64,000 nucleotides of DNA, from NCBI RefSeq assembly GCF_009914755.1, contig NC_060936.1. One strand, written 5' to 3'. The position numbers and the translations under genes are program-made. The first letter of the stretch is position 1; each line of letters starts with the position of its first letter. The notes beneath the pieces are model-generated. The model had not been told where the DNA came from. It did no database searches and saw only the letters and a list, made by a program, of their open reading frames with translations. Positions 43,991 through 58,144 of the stretch are shown piece by piece. This DNA comes from the human T2T-CHM13v2.0 reference genome, Homo sapiens.

Positions 43991-44509
43991 TGTGAAGGAC
44001 AGGAGATTTTATCCTACTTGCAAGCTAACAAATTCATTTGCCACAGTCATTTAGATGCTGGTATAAGACATGAGACTCCTGGATCAGAGGCATAGGACTT
44101 TACTACTCACAGCACAGCACAGCAGGCAGCATTGGTTTCATGTTTACATTGTGATCCTTCGCCCTGTAAGTTTCATGGGGATAATGGGGAGTAGTTCAAA
44201 TGGGTGTAAACGTTCTCTAGGTTCATGTAACTGCTAAAGAACCCTATGGTTCAAAACCCCTAATTTTTGAAAGGGTCTGCTAGCATATCTGCCCAATCTT
44301 TTACCCAGAGAAAAATATTGTCTTTACTATCTTGGCTAGGGAAAAATTCAGCCTTCTACTCCAGAGGGAGACAGTATCTCTGTCTTCTGAAGCTATTTGC
44401 TATATCAATCTCCTTGCAAAAAAAAAAATAGTTCAGAGCAAAAGTCTTCAAGGCATCTTCACAAGACATGCAGAAACTCAAGCAACCCATGGAGAATTGT
44501 TGCCCAACA
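43991..44509 (-). mobile_element. LTR40-like ERVL solo LTR
   Basis: TGTGAAGGACAGGAGATTTTATCCTACTTGCAAGCTAAC...ACCCATGGAGAATTGTTGCCCAACA; ~520 bp with TG...CA ends. Confidence 0.75.
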
Positions 44510-44767
44510 ATGATCACCCTCTCAAAATCAAAGGTGTTTCAGTCCCATGGGTATGCTTCCCCCATTCTCTGATAAAAAAAAAGCTATATACAAAGGAGTA
44601 ACTATGAGTGAATATCAGTCATGGCAAACAGTCACTGTGCAGAAATTGTCTCTTAACTTGAAATAACTGAGAAACAAATTAATCTTGGTAAATCACATAG
44701 CAGACATATTCAGGTTGGATATAGATAGTGCACACTCTAAACTATGTGTATTTTTTTAACCTCTTAC

Positions 44768-45165
44768 CAAGAACAGCCACCATACTACATGAATAAATGA
44801 GACATGAGATAGCCTTCGTAAGGCTACAGTGTTTAATTTCTTGATTTGGGAGCCTATGACACAGGATTGCAGCTGTGCTAGTCATCAAGCGTCTGAGAAT
44901 TGTACACAGTTTTGGCAGCCTCTGCAGGCCAGCAGTGAAAGAAATCAAGTAAAATCTCTTGTTCCTAAAGGACCCCTGGCACAAAACTTGTCAGTTACAC
45001 TGGGAGTCCTCAGAGAGAAATTTATTACAATTTCAGTTTCTGCCATAAAATTTTCTTTGTGGTATTTTCCTTTTTTGGTTAATGAGTGAGATGTCTGAGA
45101 GAATTCTGAAGCCTCGGCCATATGTCCCATAGTACAGTGGAAGACACAGGAGTTGACCCTCATCG
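44768..45165 (-). pseudogene. Candidate relic exon (EGF end into SEA start)
   Basis: Long T-rich acceptor TTTGTTTATTCTTTTAG and donor TTG|GTAAGA. Reads DEGQLLCLPLYYGTYG in one frame and EASEFSQ...ENFMAETEIVINFSLRTP in the adjacent frame. Confidence 0.35.
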
Positions 45166-46074
45166 CTAAAAGAATAAACAAATAAAACTAACACAAAAAC
45201 TAACATATGAATATAGTCCTTGTATTGAACCCACAAAAAATTTTTTTAAAGACTTGAATTAAATCAATCAAAACTGATGAATGAAATTCTCTCATTATAA
45301 CTTTGTTAACAAATCCATTTAAATGGCAAAAAGCAAACCTCAAATATGTACATATTCGAGAAATATATTTGTTGCTAACAGGCTGAACTACCTCACATAT
45401 TCTCTTTAGAAAATGACAACATAGAGTCATTAAAAGTATCCCTAGTTAAAAATTAATGTACCTCCTCCAAGCTCCTGATATTGGCTATAATTAAATATCA
45501 CATAGAAAAACAGCAGTTACTGCCCTTGTGAATCTATTAGTTTGAATCATTTTTTCATTCAGTATAAAATTTAATTGCCAAAATCAAGTTAAAATAACTC
45601 AAAGGGAGTATTAAGTTGATTCAGCCAACTGTTTTAAAATAAATATAATTCTATTTCTCTAATATTTAGGATTATCTTTATCATTTTAAAATTACTTCCC
45701 TCTTAGAGTTACTGTTTTGCTATCAGAAACATATATAGGTAGATAAAATCCAAAGATAAGTTGTTTTATGTTTACATAAATATATTATTGATAAATTTGT
45801 CAAATCTATAATTAAGTCATACCATTCAAATAGTATCAGGAAACAGTTAAGAACTAGAAAATAAATGAAAATGCTATACAGGCAGGTCATATATATCTGA
45901 CCTAATCTATGCAATAAACCATACATAGCCATACATATGAGCACACACTCATTTTGGTTTATACACACTTCTAACAAATTTAAATATGTGGTTCTCAGGA
46001 TTGCAAAAAGATGGAAAGATCAAAATAGTAATAGGGAAAATCATATTGCAATGCAGACAAGTGAAAATGAAATA

Positions 46075-46850
46075 AAATAGGCCAACAAGCACGTGAAAAT
46101 TTTCTCAACATAATTAGCATCACAGAGAATTACCACATGACCCAACAATCACAATCCTTGCTATATGCTGAAGATAAATGAAAATAGTCCACACGAAACG
46201 TTATAAATGAATATTCATGGCAGAATTCTTCATAATAATTGAAAAATGGGAAGAAGCCAAATGCCCCATCAAATGTTGAACAGGTAAATAAAATGGGTAC
46301 ATCAACACAATGGAATATTATTTGGCAATAAAAAGAAACAAAGTACTGATTCATAGTACAATGTGGAAAAACCTTGAAAACATTATGCTATGTGAAAGAA
46401 TGATGTCATAAAAGCCTACATATTTCTTGATTCCATGTATATAAATGTCTACAACAGGCAAAGCTACAGAGACAGAAAGTGGATTAGTGGTTGCTAAGGA
46501 AGGACTAGGGTAGTTGGGAGTAATCCAACTGACTGTTAAAAGGTTAGTACTAAAGATTTTCTTTTGGGGGTGGATAAAGTTGTTTTAAAATTGATTGAGT
46601 GTGCTGGACATGGTGACTCGTGCCTTTAATTGCAGCTAGTCAGAAGGCTGAGACCAGAGACTGGCCTAAGCAACAGCAGAGTGAGACCCTATCTCCACAC
46701 ACACACACACAAAAAAATTGACTGAGGTCATAGTTGTGCATCTCTGTGACTATACTAAGCATCATTGAATTGTACACTTTTTAAGTGGGTGAATTGTATA
46801 GTATGTGAATTTATCCCAACAAAGCTGTTGCAAAATAAATAAATAAAAAT
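46075..46850 (+). mobile_element. L1MB 3' fragment with a short Alu/FLAM remnant (~46600-46715)
   Basis: GCCAAATGCCCCATCAAATGTTGAAC, AACCTTGAAAACATTATGCTATGTGAAAG, ATTGAATTGTACACTTT. Confidence 0.8.
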
Positions 46851-48152
46851 AGATTACATTACAAACAACATCAAAGGACACCATTAAACTCTCTCTGTCC
46901 TTTGTCTAATAGAGTTTCCAAAGGCAGAGCATTTCTTCTGTAATTGTATATTTCTGTTAAAGAAAATAATAATTATTCTTTGTAAAATATTTCTAGCATC
47001 CCTTGTACAATTAATGTGATTTTTAAAAACACCACCTTAATCTCTGTAAGTGAATTGAAAAAATCTACACATTTCAAATAAGATATTTATAAATATCTCC
47101 TAAATAAAACCATATATACTCTACTTCCCAAGAATGTATAATAGAGTACATTATTAATTATACTGTCCCTCTAGCAATAAAAAACAATGTAAAAAAAGAA
47201 AAATGTTTGATGATGGTATCATGCACATTTTTGTAGATTCCATTGTAACTACTTTATTTGCTTCTCTAGGCTCTTCACTGAAAAGAATGCCAAATGCCTC
47301 TGGAAGTAATAAAGAGACTGAACTAATCTAAAATTGTTTGAAACACTCAAGTCATTTGGAACCAATATATGTTGTCATTATCCCATTCCAGTCTATCCTC
47401 ATTCCTGTCCATCCTCAATTACCGTAAGTAAATGATACAGTGTTAGGAAAACTAGCCCTAGCAATTTCTGTAACACAGTGTGCTTAATATGGTTCCCCAT
47501 AAGCTCTATCCTTTAAACATTTGTTAACTCAGCTTCCCTAAGTCTTTCTTTTAAGTGATTGAAATGGAGCAGTAGACACAGCTACTGTGTATTAAAATGC
47601 ACAGTGAAGTATGATTCTTCTTTTACCAATGGTTTGCATTATTTAAGGATTAGAAGCATGGAAGAAATTTGCATATTTTAGAGAATATTAAGTAACGATA
47701 CATGTTTCTGAATAGATTGTAGATATAGCTGTAGGAAATAGCAACCTAAACCTAATATACACACCTACACACACACACACTCACAGACAGTATGCTCATA
47801 CACACACACACATACACCGGTTGAAAAGAAGTAAGAATCTCAAAGGATGGGACCACCCCTGAAAACAAACCAGGCTGTTGTTCCCCAGGCTGGAGCACTG
47901 AAAGAATCTATGAAGTTTTCAGCCTGAAATAGCTAATGGCACCTGCAAACAGCTTAGAGCCTGAAAACTATCAAGCAGTTGTCTGTGCTCTAAGGATAAG
48001 ACTCTAAAAAGGAGAATCAAAATCATTTGCTCAGAGAACTTTTCTTTTCATCAGAAGAAAACGACATTAAACAAATAAATACACAATACACCATACAAAA
48101 TCTCTTAATAGTATGAAGAAATAAAGCAAGGAAAGAGAATGGAGAACAATGA

Positions 48153-48186
48153 AATGTATGTGTGTGTGTGTGTGTGTGTGTGTGCG
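48153..48186. repeat. (TG)n microsatellite
   Basis: Perfect TG run. Confidence 0.9.
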
Positions 48187-50504
48187 CATATACACACACA
48201 CTAATGTATATAGGGTGCACAAGAAAGACTACCAGGAAAAGGCATTATCAAAGTAGAAATCTGATTAAAATTAGAGAGTGAGAAATGCAACACTACGGAG
48301 GAAAAAGATTGAAGGCAGTGAGGAGTGCAAGTATAGTCTTGTTTTTCCATAAAACATCAATTTTTAATTTTGTAATTAACGTGACATAGCAAAATAAGAA
48401 TGTTTTTATTTCTAACTTAAATATTTTAGTCAAAGTTGCATCAGAAATCAAATATTTCTTTGACCTTTTCCAAGACTTATTAACTACCATTATAGTTGTT
48501 AGTATTATATAGTAACACATTGCTTAAAATACATTATAAACCTTTTTTCTTTCTCTTTATATATGACATATAAAATTATGAATTTTGTAACATGATTCAT
48601 ATTTGAAAACATTTTAAATGGCATGACAACTTTCACAGAAAATGCCACTGGAATCACATAAAACGTTCAAATGCTTGAAATGTTTCAAATTTTTTAAAGT
48701 GCCAAGCACAATGCTTGACACATATTAGGTACTGCACTTTGTTCACTCATTCTCTCATTTATTCATGTACTTATTCTAAGAAATTCAGGATTAAGGAGAA
48801 ATTGTACCATAACAAGAATTACAAGCACAATCTTTTATCAACACTTTGGCATTTTGACAAAGACTTTGGCAATGGAGTGTGGAGAAGATGAGAGGCTGAT
48901 GATCAAGATTTCAAACTGCTTGGCTAAATTCTACCAAGTAAAGCCCTGGTTAAATACTCATTGCATTTCTAAGTCCAAAGCCTTCATGGCAGAAACAAGA
49001 TTTGATTTCTTATGTAGAAAGGAAGGGAATTGTCACCAGAATGAAATCAGCAACGGAGAAAGTAGCTGAAGGTGAAATTAGTGAAATATCAAAAAAAAAT
49101 GAAGCTATGATTAAGATTTTGTGCTAAGTATAATGACAGAAGAATTTTAACAGCTTTTAGAGGACAACTGATACAAACTGAGCTTCACTTTTAAAAGATT
49201 ACCCTGGCAATTTTGTGGAGAATAGACTCTAAGACAAGAGTGGAAAAAGGTAGGTCAGTTAGATGAAGATCTGGGCACACGAGAAGGATAGCTTGAATTA
49301 GGATTCGGAGGTAGGATTGGCAAGAACAATCAGGCTGGGTGTCTATTTTGTATACTGATTCAAAATCATTTATTGATGAATTAGAAGTGGGTAAATGAAA
49401 TAAATAAGAAATTACACCTTTTCTTCCATGGCTGATTGAGTGAAGGAGGGTGCTGTATACTGAAAAGGAAAAAACAAAGAAGAATGCATTCAAAGAACAG
49501 AGTTAATCAATCGTTCTTATTAGCAGACATTCAAGTAACAATGTTGAATAGGCAATTGGATACATGTCTGGGATCCAGAGCAAATGTTAGGATTCAGGAC
49601 AGTTTTACAGGACATCAGTTCATGGTTGATACCTTTGTTAGGGTATAATCTAAGCTACTATTACAAAAAGATCTAAAAATATAATGACAGAAGTTAATTT
49701 CACTTCATATAAACATCCAGTGGCAAGGGGCTACCCATGTAACTCTTGAAATTAGCATATGTCTAGTGAGGCTCACTTGATTTGATTCACCAATCCTAGG
49801 CAAAGCTGTTGCTATTTTAGAGAGAAGGAAGTTCCTTTCCTGATTTGACCCAGAGTACATCTCTTTGTCTTTGAACCATAACCACTTTTCACATAGTGAG
49901 TCCCATTATCAAATTAGGTATCCTGTTGTTACAGCACTTGTGTGTTCAAACTTATACACCTATACAGTGCCAGGCTCTGTGGTAGACTCTGAATATACAA
50001 TAAATAAAAGAGATTTGGTGCTTGCTTTAGAGAGAATGAAATCTACAAGGGAGACAGAATAACATCAAAAAGTGATTCAGTCTACAGGATAAATGCAATG
50101 TTTAATAAAGATACCTAGAGGAGAAATGCCCTTAAGCTCAACTTTCAGGTTTCAGCTTATAGACCCCTACCTGCTGGCTTACAAAATCCTTTGTTTTCCA
50201 AATTAAGACCTTCCTATCTATCCTATATCTGGTATTTTCCTTAAGTTCTACATTTCATCATTGAATACCACCCCATTTGGTCCAAGTGAGTTTCTTTCTT
50301 TTTCTCAGAATAGATGAAAAATTATCATCTTGTATTGAAGCTTGAACACTTAAGAAGCAAAAGGGTTATATCATAAGAGGCTTACAATCTGTGTAGCAAG
50401 CAATGTCTGTAGACTGAATAAATATTGTATCTTGTCTACATTTGGGGCTGAATATCAGCTTCCATAATGACTTATTGGAATATTGTTTGCTAAACACTTT
50501 CGTT

Positions 50505-50916
50505 TTTTTTTCTCTTTCCAACTTTTATTTTAGGTTCAGAGGGTAAATGTGCAGATTTGTTATGTAAGTAAATTGCATGTCACAGGGGTTTGATGTATAG
50601 AGAATTATGTTACCCAGGTAATGAACATAGTACCTGATTGGTAGTTTTTCAATCCTCACCCTCCTCTTACCCTGTACCCTCAAGTAGGCCCCAGTGTCTG
50701 CTGTTGCCATGTTTATGTCCATGACTACCCAATGTTTAGCTTCCACTTATAAGTGAGAACATCCTGTATTTGCTTCTCTGTTTCCGTGTTAGTTTGCTAA
50801 GGATAATGGCCTCTAGCTCCATCCATGTTGCTGCCAAGGAAATGATTTCATTCTTTTTTGTGGCTGCACAGTATTTCATGGTGTATATGTATCACATTTT
50901 CTTTATTCAGTCCACT
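50505..50916 (-). mobile_element. L1PA15/16 3' fragment
   Basis: ACTTTTATTTTAGGTTCAGAGGG...CCCTCAAGTAGGCCCCAGTGTCTG...TTCTTTATTCAGTCCAC. Confidence 0.88.
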
Positions 50917-51441
50917 GAATATTTTGAATATAACCCCTGCCTATACACAGTACTTACAAAATCTATATGAATGCAATTGTAATTGTCACATGGAAGACCA
51001 TGTTAAAGCATTAATAAATTCACTATAGCTTTTTGATAGCATGTAGTTGTTCAACAAAAGGGTACAAAAATGGCAAGTATTAATTTTCCTGTTTATATTT
51101 GTGTTTCTTATAATCTAATTCTTCCCATGGCAGCCAAAGTAAATATATTAAAAATAAATCCAAATCATGCATTCCACTCAGAAAACTCAACTGACTTCCC
51201 ATTTCATTTTATAACCTGCAAGTTCCCACAAGATTTCTTCTTTTTCCTGCATTCCTCATCTCCTTCTGTTCTTTCTCTTGTTCACATGATTCTAGTCATA
51301 TTGGACATAATGCAGTTCCTCAAGCTAAGTAAGTTTCAGTCTCTTGCAATCACTGTTCTCTCTAGAATGTTCTTCTCAAAGATATTTAGCTATCTTTCTC
51401 CCTCACATTCTCATTACCTTCTCAAATGTACAAGAAAATAC

Positions 51442-51862
51442 TGTTGGAATCTCATCTAGACCCCTTTGACAGACTGCAGCACCATCCTCAGCTGCTGTTG
51501 GTGTTGACTGAACAAAACTTACACCTGACCCTCATTTATCCAGACCATTGATCTCAGCCAAAAGAAGGTGCCTTCCCTCTAGGTCATGCCACACCACCTC
51601 AGCAAGCAACCAGCTGACACAGGCTACCAAAAGCCCAGAGGCTACTTCAAGAAGGGACGGATTCTGTAGTACTATTGCTGCTCCAGAATTTCCTGTGGTT
51701 TACCTGAAAGTCTCCAGCCAATCCCACGTTCTTGCTGATCTTCCACCCAGCTCTCTCCTGTTTGCCTCACTTCCCTTGTGCCCATAGTCCTTTTCCTCAA
51801 ATAAACCTTTTGAATATGAATGTCCATCCTAGGCTGTACTTCTAGGAAACAGACCTAAGAGT
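51442..51862. mobile_element. LTR16-like ERVL LTR within L2 fragments
   Basis: AAATAAACC...CCATCCTAGGCTGTACTTCTAGGAAACAGACCTAAGA terminus. Confidence 0.6.
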
Positions 51863-52012
51863 TGCCTTCCTTAACCACCACACACCCAAGAACTCCCTGT
51901 CTCTCTTATCTTACTTTACTTTTTACATAGCACTGATTGCCATATTGCATAATATGTTTTTAAAATTTATTTTTGTTTATTCACTTTTTCTTTTGTAAAT
52001 GCCACGTGGTCA

Positions 52013-52441
<429 letters not shown>

Positions 52442-53760
52442 GTGATGCCTTCTTCTTGAAAACACTGGGAACCAATGACCTGAATTAATTTCATCTACAG
52501 TAGAGAATGACTCTGTTTGGAACCACCATGTGTTCTATGTTCTTTCAAACTACATCAACACTGGAATGCTGTGAGAATTGGTTCATTAGCATGTCCTTCA
52601 CAAGCCTTCCAGACTTTAAACTCAAAGTCTTTATCTTGCTGTATTTTCATAGTCAAATTTCCCTCTGGATCTCTTAATTAGCCTACGTTTCTTAAATAAA
52701 AATTTATTTTTTCAATCAGTACTATTTTAAACTCAAATCTTAAAAGCTCATACTGAAAACAACTAACTGAAAATGTATATATTTTTACAATGAAAGCTAT
52801 TAAATAAGGAATGCATTACAACTATAGAAGGGCCAGTGTGCACATTACTCGTATTTAGTCAGAGACAATTCCTAGAAGGAGTCTAGAGAAGTTTCTGAAA
52901 ATTGATTTTAAAATAAGGTAATAGTTTATTTTATTACACAGAAATTATTTGGCTGTAAAGCCAGCAAAGAAAAGGAACAGAGCCTACATCAGAGCTTTTA
53001 CATGAAGGAAATACTGAAATTGGATACGACACATCAAAAATATTTAAATATGAAACTACAGAGACTCTGGCTGAGTTGCAGCCTCTCCAGTTCACATGCT
53101 CTCTAACAGAACTCAGTCTTGATGAGTGTTTGCAGAAAATTGTCTTCATTGTCAACCACACTCCACAAAATGATGGCTAATTTGACTTTTACAGATTTAA
53201 AAATTTGGAAAGCATTTGAGATTGCCTGCCAACTCCACAGAACTCTTTTCATTAATCAGTAAATAAAGTTTTATTTAATTTTTTCACAAAGAGAACTTTG
53301 TGGTCATGAACGCCTGCTGTCTGCTCCATTAAAAATAAAGAAGTCTTCTAAAGAGACTCTCTCAAACATATTCAAATACAGGACTTGGGAAGATATTTCA
53401 TTCTAATTTAGGAGTACATAATTAATGTATTTCTTTGCAGCTAGCGTTTAATGTCATTGCTTTTATGGCTTATGATGTAGTTTGTTTCTTTTTATTTAAC
53501 AGAAAGGTCAATGTGACTAATAATTAGAACTATGACTGAGAGAAGAAGACTGTAATTAGACTATTTTTCAGTGAATAATAAAGTGTCAGAAAAAAAGAAA
53601 GTGAAACCTTTGTGTCAGCAAAACTGGTTTACATAAGGACAGGAAAAGTGATTCTTTTATATAGATGCACACTTACGTGACCTTCCCATAATCTAACTTA
53701 TTGATAATTTAATAATTATAAATATACATAAAGAGCATGGTCTAGATATTCAAAATAAAG

Positions 53761-53967
53761 CAATGGTTCTCAACCAAGAGTGATTTTGCCCATAAGAGAT
53801 TTGGCCATTTCTGGAAACATTTTTGCTTGTTATGACTGGAGGAGTGCCACTAACTTTTAGAGGGTAAAGTCCAGGAAAGCTGCCAAACATCTTACAATAC
53901 CCAGGCAGTGCCTCACAACAAAGAATTATCCAGTTGCAATGTCAATAGTGCCGATTTTGAGAAACTC
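53761..53967. mobile_element. MER20 (hAT-Charlie MITE)
   Basis: CAATGGTTCTCAACC...ACAACAAAGAATTATCCAG...TGTCAATAGTGCCGATTTTGAGAAAC. Confidence 0.85.
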
Positions 53968-54689
53968 AAAAGTTATAAAACCTTTTGATTTTGAAATTAA
54001 TGAGTAAGCTTTGAAGTAGTCCAGAGTAATTGGAGCTCTGTGCTGAAATGTCTATCTATTGACATTATATTGTGAGATGCATTTTGTAACCATTGTAGAT
54101 TAAATGGGAAAAAAAATGAAGGGTGCTATACTACTTATAACTGAGCATTCTGAGACAGTACTGAGATTCAGTACACTTAGATCTCATGTAAATGCCTATT
54201 GGGGCTATTCATTTATTGGGTAAGAGGCAGGTTAGAAGCACTCTACCGCAAACTCACTATGTAGCGAGTTTTAGGGGAATAAATAGTTTTGAAGATCTTC
54301 ATATCTTCATTGATCCAGTGACATAGTCAGTGAGCAAATATTTGTTGAGGGCTTACTCTATGCTGGATACTGTTCATGCTTTGGCCAACATGGTTAACAT
54401 GATCTCTGCATAGAATTCCCTTTTCTAATACTGGTTTCCTTTAGGAAAATGTTAGTTCTTTCATTCAAAGTTATTGTTTTTGTTTCTTTTGCATTCCTGT
54501 AACTATTTTCTGCAAATATTTGGGGCAAATTCAGGGTCATTGTATAAAAATTAAAAACTGATTTAGAGAAGACTTACTTTTCACTTTTCTGGTTTCCAAC
54601 ACACCAGAAAGGCTGGAAAGCATTTATGCTGACCACCAGATATTTTCTTCCTCTGGAGAGCTCCTGGCTCAAAGACAGGCCAATGTCCC

Positions 54690-55091
54690 TATTACAGGCT
54701 GAATTGTGTCTACCCTATTCCCAAATTTATATGTGGAAGTCCTAATGTCAGAATGTGTACCTCAAAATGTGACTGCATTTGAAGATGGGGTCTTTGAAGA
54801 GGCAATTAAGCTTAAATGAGCTCATTGGGCATAGATTCCAATCCAATATTACTGCTGTCCTTATAAGAAGAGGAGATTAAACCACAGAAGCAGGCACAGA
54901 GGGAAGACTATGTGAGGACACACGGAGAAGGTGGCCATTTACAAGCAAAAGAAAGAGGGCTATAAAGAAATAATATTGCCGTGCCCTTGATCTCAGACTC
55001 TTAGCTTCCAGAATTGTGAGAAAATGACTTACTATTGATTAAGCTACCCAGTCTCTGGTACTGTATTATGGTAGCCTTACAAATAAATAAC
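54690..55091 (+). mobile_element. MLT1A/B LTR
   Basis: GGCTGAATTGTGTC...TATGTGGAAGTCCTAA...GTCCTTATAAGAAGAGGAGATT...CTTCCAGAATTGTGAG. Confidence 0.85.
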
Positions 55092-57374
55092 ATTGGATGG
55101 GTACTGGATAAGCAGGTACTATGAAATTTTCTGCACTTCCCCCAGCTGAAAGTGTAAGCCTGGACAAGTTATCTAAATTATGTGAATCTCAGATGCTCTA
55201 TCTGTAAAATGACAGTTAACTCAGTGATTTCATTACTTCTGAAGCTAAATTGCCACATTTTTAAGAAAAAAACAAATAATTAAAAATATTCTTTTACCAC
55301 GTTTCAAACTTGTTTTTAATATCAAAAAAATGTAAATACATAGTCAAACCTCACCTTTTAGAAGTCAGTAATATCAAAAAATGTAGAGCAAATGACTTGA
55401 GGTTAATTACTTTTATAAGCTAACATAGTGGAAGATCTTTGAAAGTTTTACCAGTTTTAGAAGCCAATCATTTATACAGCAAATTATTAAAAATATTATT
55501 TTTACTAAGAAACATTGCCTCTGAAAATGTTACATGACCAATGAAAGAGTTGAAATTTCATAAATACTTTGTCAGATAGATTGACATAACTTGATTAAAA
55601 CACGAAAATCTTTCAGGCATTTATATATCTCTGTTTTTCTTTGTTTAACTGCATCTTAATCTAGGTACTATTTATACAAGCTAAAAACAATTAGGTGAGT
55701 AACAGCTAATGAGTTTTCCTCAGCAGGACTTTGAATAACATATTAAAGAAAAGTGTTAAATAAAATGAATCCATAAAAGTAATAGGGTAACCAAAGGGAA
55801 GATTGCAAAAGGTGGCAAAAACTAATGGCACTTGAATTACTAGAGAACAATGACAAGGGACTATGTGAAGAACGTAATTGAAGAAAACAAGTATACTTTC
55901 AAATTGCCTTGCCCACAATAGCCAACACTCTAGCCATTAGCCTTAAGTATAACAAAAATAAAATATTTATCTGCATAATATTTTATATTTTAGTCATAAA
56001 ATTAAAACTGAGCATCATATTTCAGATCTTGACTGTATCCAGGGGAGGGGAAACAATATGAAAAAAAAATCAAAAGGAAAAACCATTGGCCCAAAAAAAC
56101 AAACCATCTGGTGAAGTCATGAATGACTGAGTTGAACAGCAGGGGAGCCTACTGTTAATCATTTTTGCAGGCAATTAAGAATTCTGTAGAGAATATATTA
56201 AAGAGTAGTATAAAAAAATACAGTGACCCAAATAAATTGCTTAAAGAAAAAAATCAAAATCAGTTAACAGATATTGTATTACTTTCAACTTGAATAATTT
56301 TAAAAATTACCAGGAAAAAACAAGTGTTTGCTTATTGCCATGATGGAGCTATGTCCTCCAAATTTTAAGACTCCTCCTCTTGATTATGTTGTTGATGACA
56401 TTCCAAGAGAATGGGAAAATTTTCTATGGCCTACACTTAGTAAACACCAAGAGATAATTCTTATTAATGCTTCTTGAAACACAGGATAAAATCTATCCTT
56501 AGTTGTAGGCAACAAACTGTTTTGAAACTGAATACAATTAAACGTTCTTTGTAAATTAATCTTTTATGTCGCTAGCTGTCCTCACAAATTCAGTCTTTCC
56601 TTCTTTTCTTTCTTCTTTGTTTTGTTGTGGTTTTTTAAAACAAAAACAAAAACAAAAAACAACAACAACAAAAAAAACACCTTATTTTAGCTTACATGGA
56701 ATTAGGATAAACAACTAAACTACAGATTTGACTTTTCATCCTTCCTAGCAGACATGTGTGGCCAAGGGATTAAGTTTAGGTCAAAGAGGATGTGATCGCA
56801 AAAGACATGTGCAAGTACAGTGTCACTGCCTTGAAGATGAAGTTATTCTGAACTTCCTTTCTCCCGCCTCCAATCCATGTGGAAGAGGATCATACCCTAC
56901 ATAATGATGGAACATCAAGCAGAATATTATCCTATTCTAAACATGGATCCATGAATGACTCTCTGAAGTAGACCTATTCTACTGGTCTTGATCTCTCTCC
57001 TTTTGTGAAAATATGAGGAAACAGCCTTCAATTTCATGTAAAATAATTATTTTTGGTTCATTTGTTATAAAGATTTATCTTATAGCCTACCTAATATAAA
57101 AATTTGATCAGAGATGTGAGATACCTCAATAATAAATACTCAAAATATTTGTCATTGGCTTAACAATTAGGTGGATGAAGAGGAAGAAACAGATATTAAA
57201 TTGTGAGACACTAATAACCTATTTATTCCACAAAATCAATAGGAAAAGAAATGTGACCTGTGAGAAATTGGAACTCCAGCAACATCTATGCTGATCTTAC
57301 TGTTCTAGAAAACTGATTGGAAAACTCAGGATATTGGTGAGTGTTTATGGCTCCCTGCTTTTTTTAGAAAAGTC

Positions 57375-57435
57375 CTTCAGGGTAAAAAAAGCTCAGCTTC
57401 AGGGTAAAAAAGAGCTCAGCTTCAGGGTAAAAAAG
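57375..57435. repeat. Tandem repeat, ~22-23 bp x ~2.7
   Basis: CTTCAGGGTAAAAAA(G)AGCTCAG starts at 57375, 57397 and 57420. Confidence 0.85.
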
Positions 57436-57710
57436 GCCAGCTTGCAAGAAGAGATTGAAGGAAACAGGGCTTCCTTTATGGACACCTTTTCTGTATGCAG
57501 CATTTCATCTACTTTGACTGAGAGATGTGTGGCTTCACAGGACTAGAAAAATCAACTGCTTTTGTGCTTGAAATAGCAGAAGCTAAGTCTATCCTTCAGA
57601 GCCTTTCTTAAAATCCTCCCAGTAAGAATTTTTAGTCAAATAATGAGAGCAAACTAGGTTCGAAGTTCAGATTAACTTCCTAGTTAAAGTCTGTATTTTT
57701 AGATGACCTC

Positions 57711-58144
57711 TGTATTAGTCAGGGTTCTCTAGAAGGACAGAAATAGATATATATTTATATGGGAGTTTATTAAGTATTAACTTACAAGATCACAAGGTCC
57801 CACAATAGACTGTCTGCAAGCTGAGGTGTGAGGAGAGCCAGTCCAAGTCCCAGAACTGAAGAACTTAGAGTCTGATGTTCAAGGACAGGAAGCATCCAGC
57901 ACAGCGCAGTAGAAAGATGTAGCCTGGGAAGCTAGGCCAGTCACTCCTTTTCATGTTTTTCTGCCTGCTTTATATTCGTTGGTGGCTGATTAGATCGTGC
58001 CCAGCAGATTAAGGGTGGATCTGCCTTCCCCCGCCCACTGACTCAAATGTTAAACTATTTTGGCAACACCTTCACAAACACACCCAGGATCACTGCTCTG
58101 TATCCTCAATCCAATCAAGTTGACACTCAATATTAACCATCACA
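57711..58144 (-). mobile_element. MLT2A1 (HERVL) solo LTR
   Basis: TGTATTAGTCAGGGTTCTCTAGA...CCAATCAAGTTGACACTCAATATTAACCATCACA; TSD ACCTC/ACCTT. Confidence 0.9.

Noticed and set aside
52934-53180. Unique block with open frames on both strands
   Set aside because: No good splice sites or recognisable motif.
57375-57435. Short direct repeats resembling a CRISPR-like array
   Set aside because: No unique spacers; a simple tandem duplication in eukaryotic DNA.
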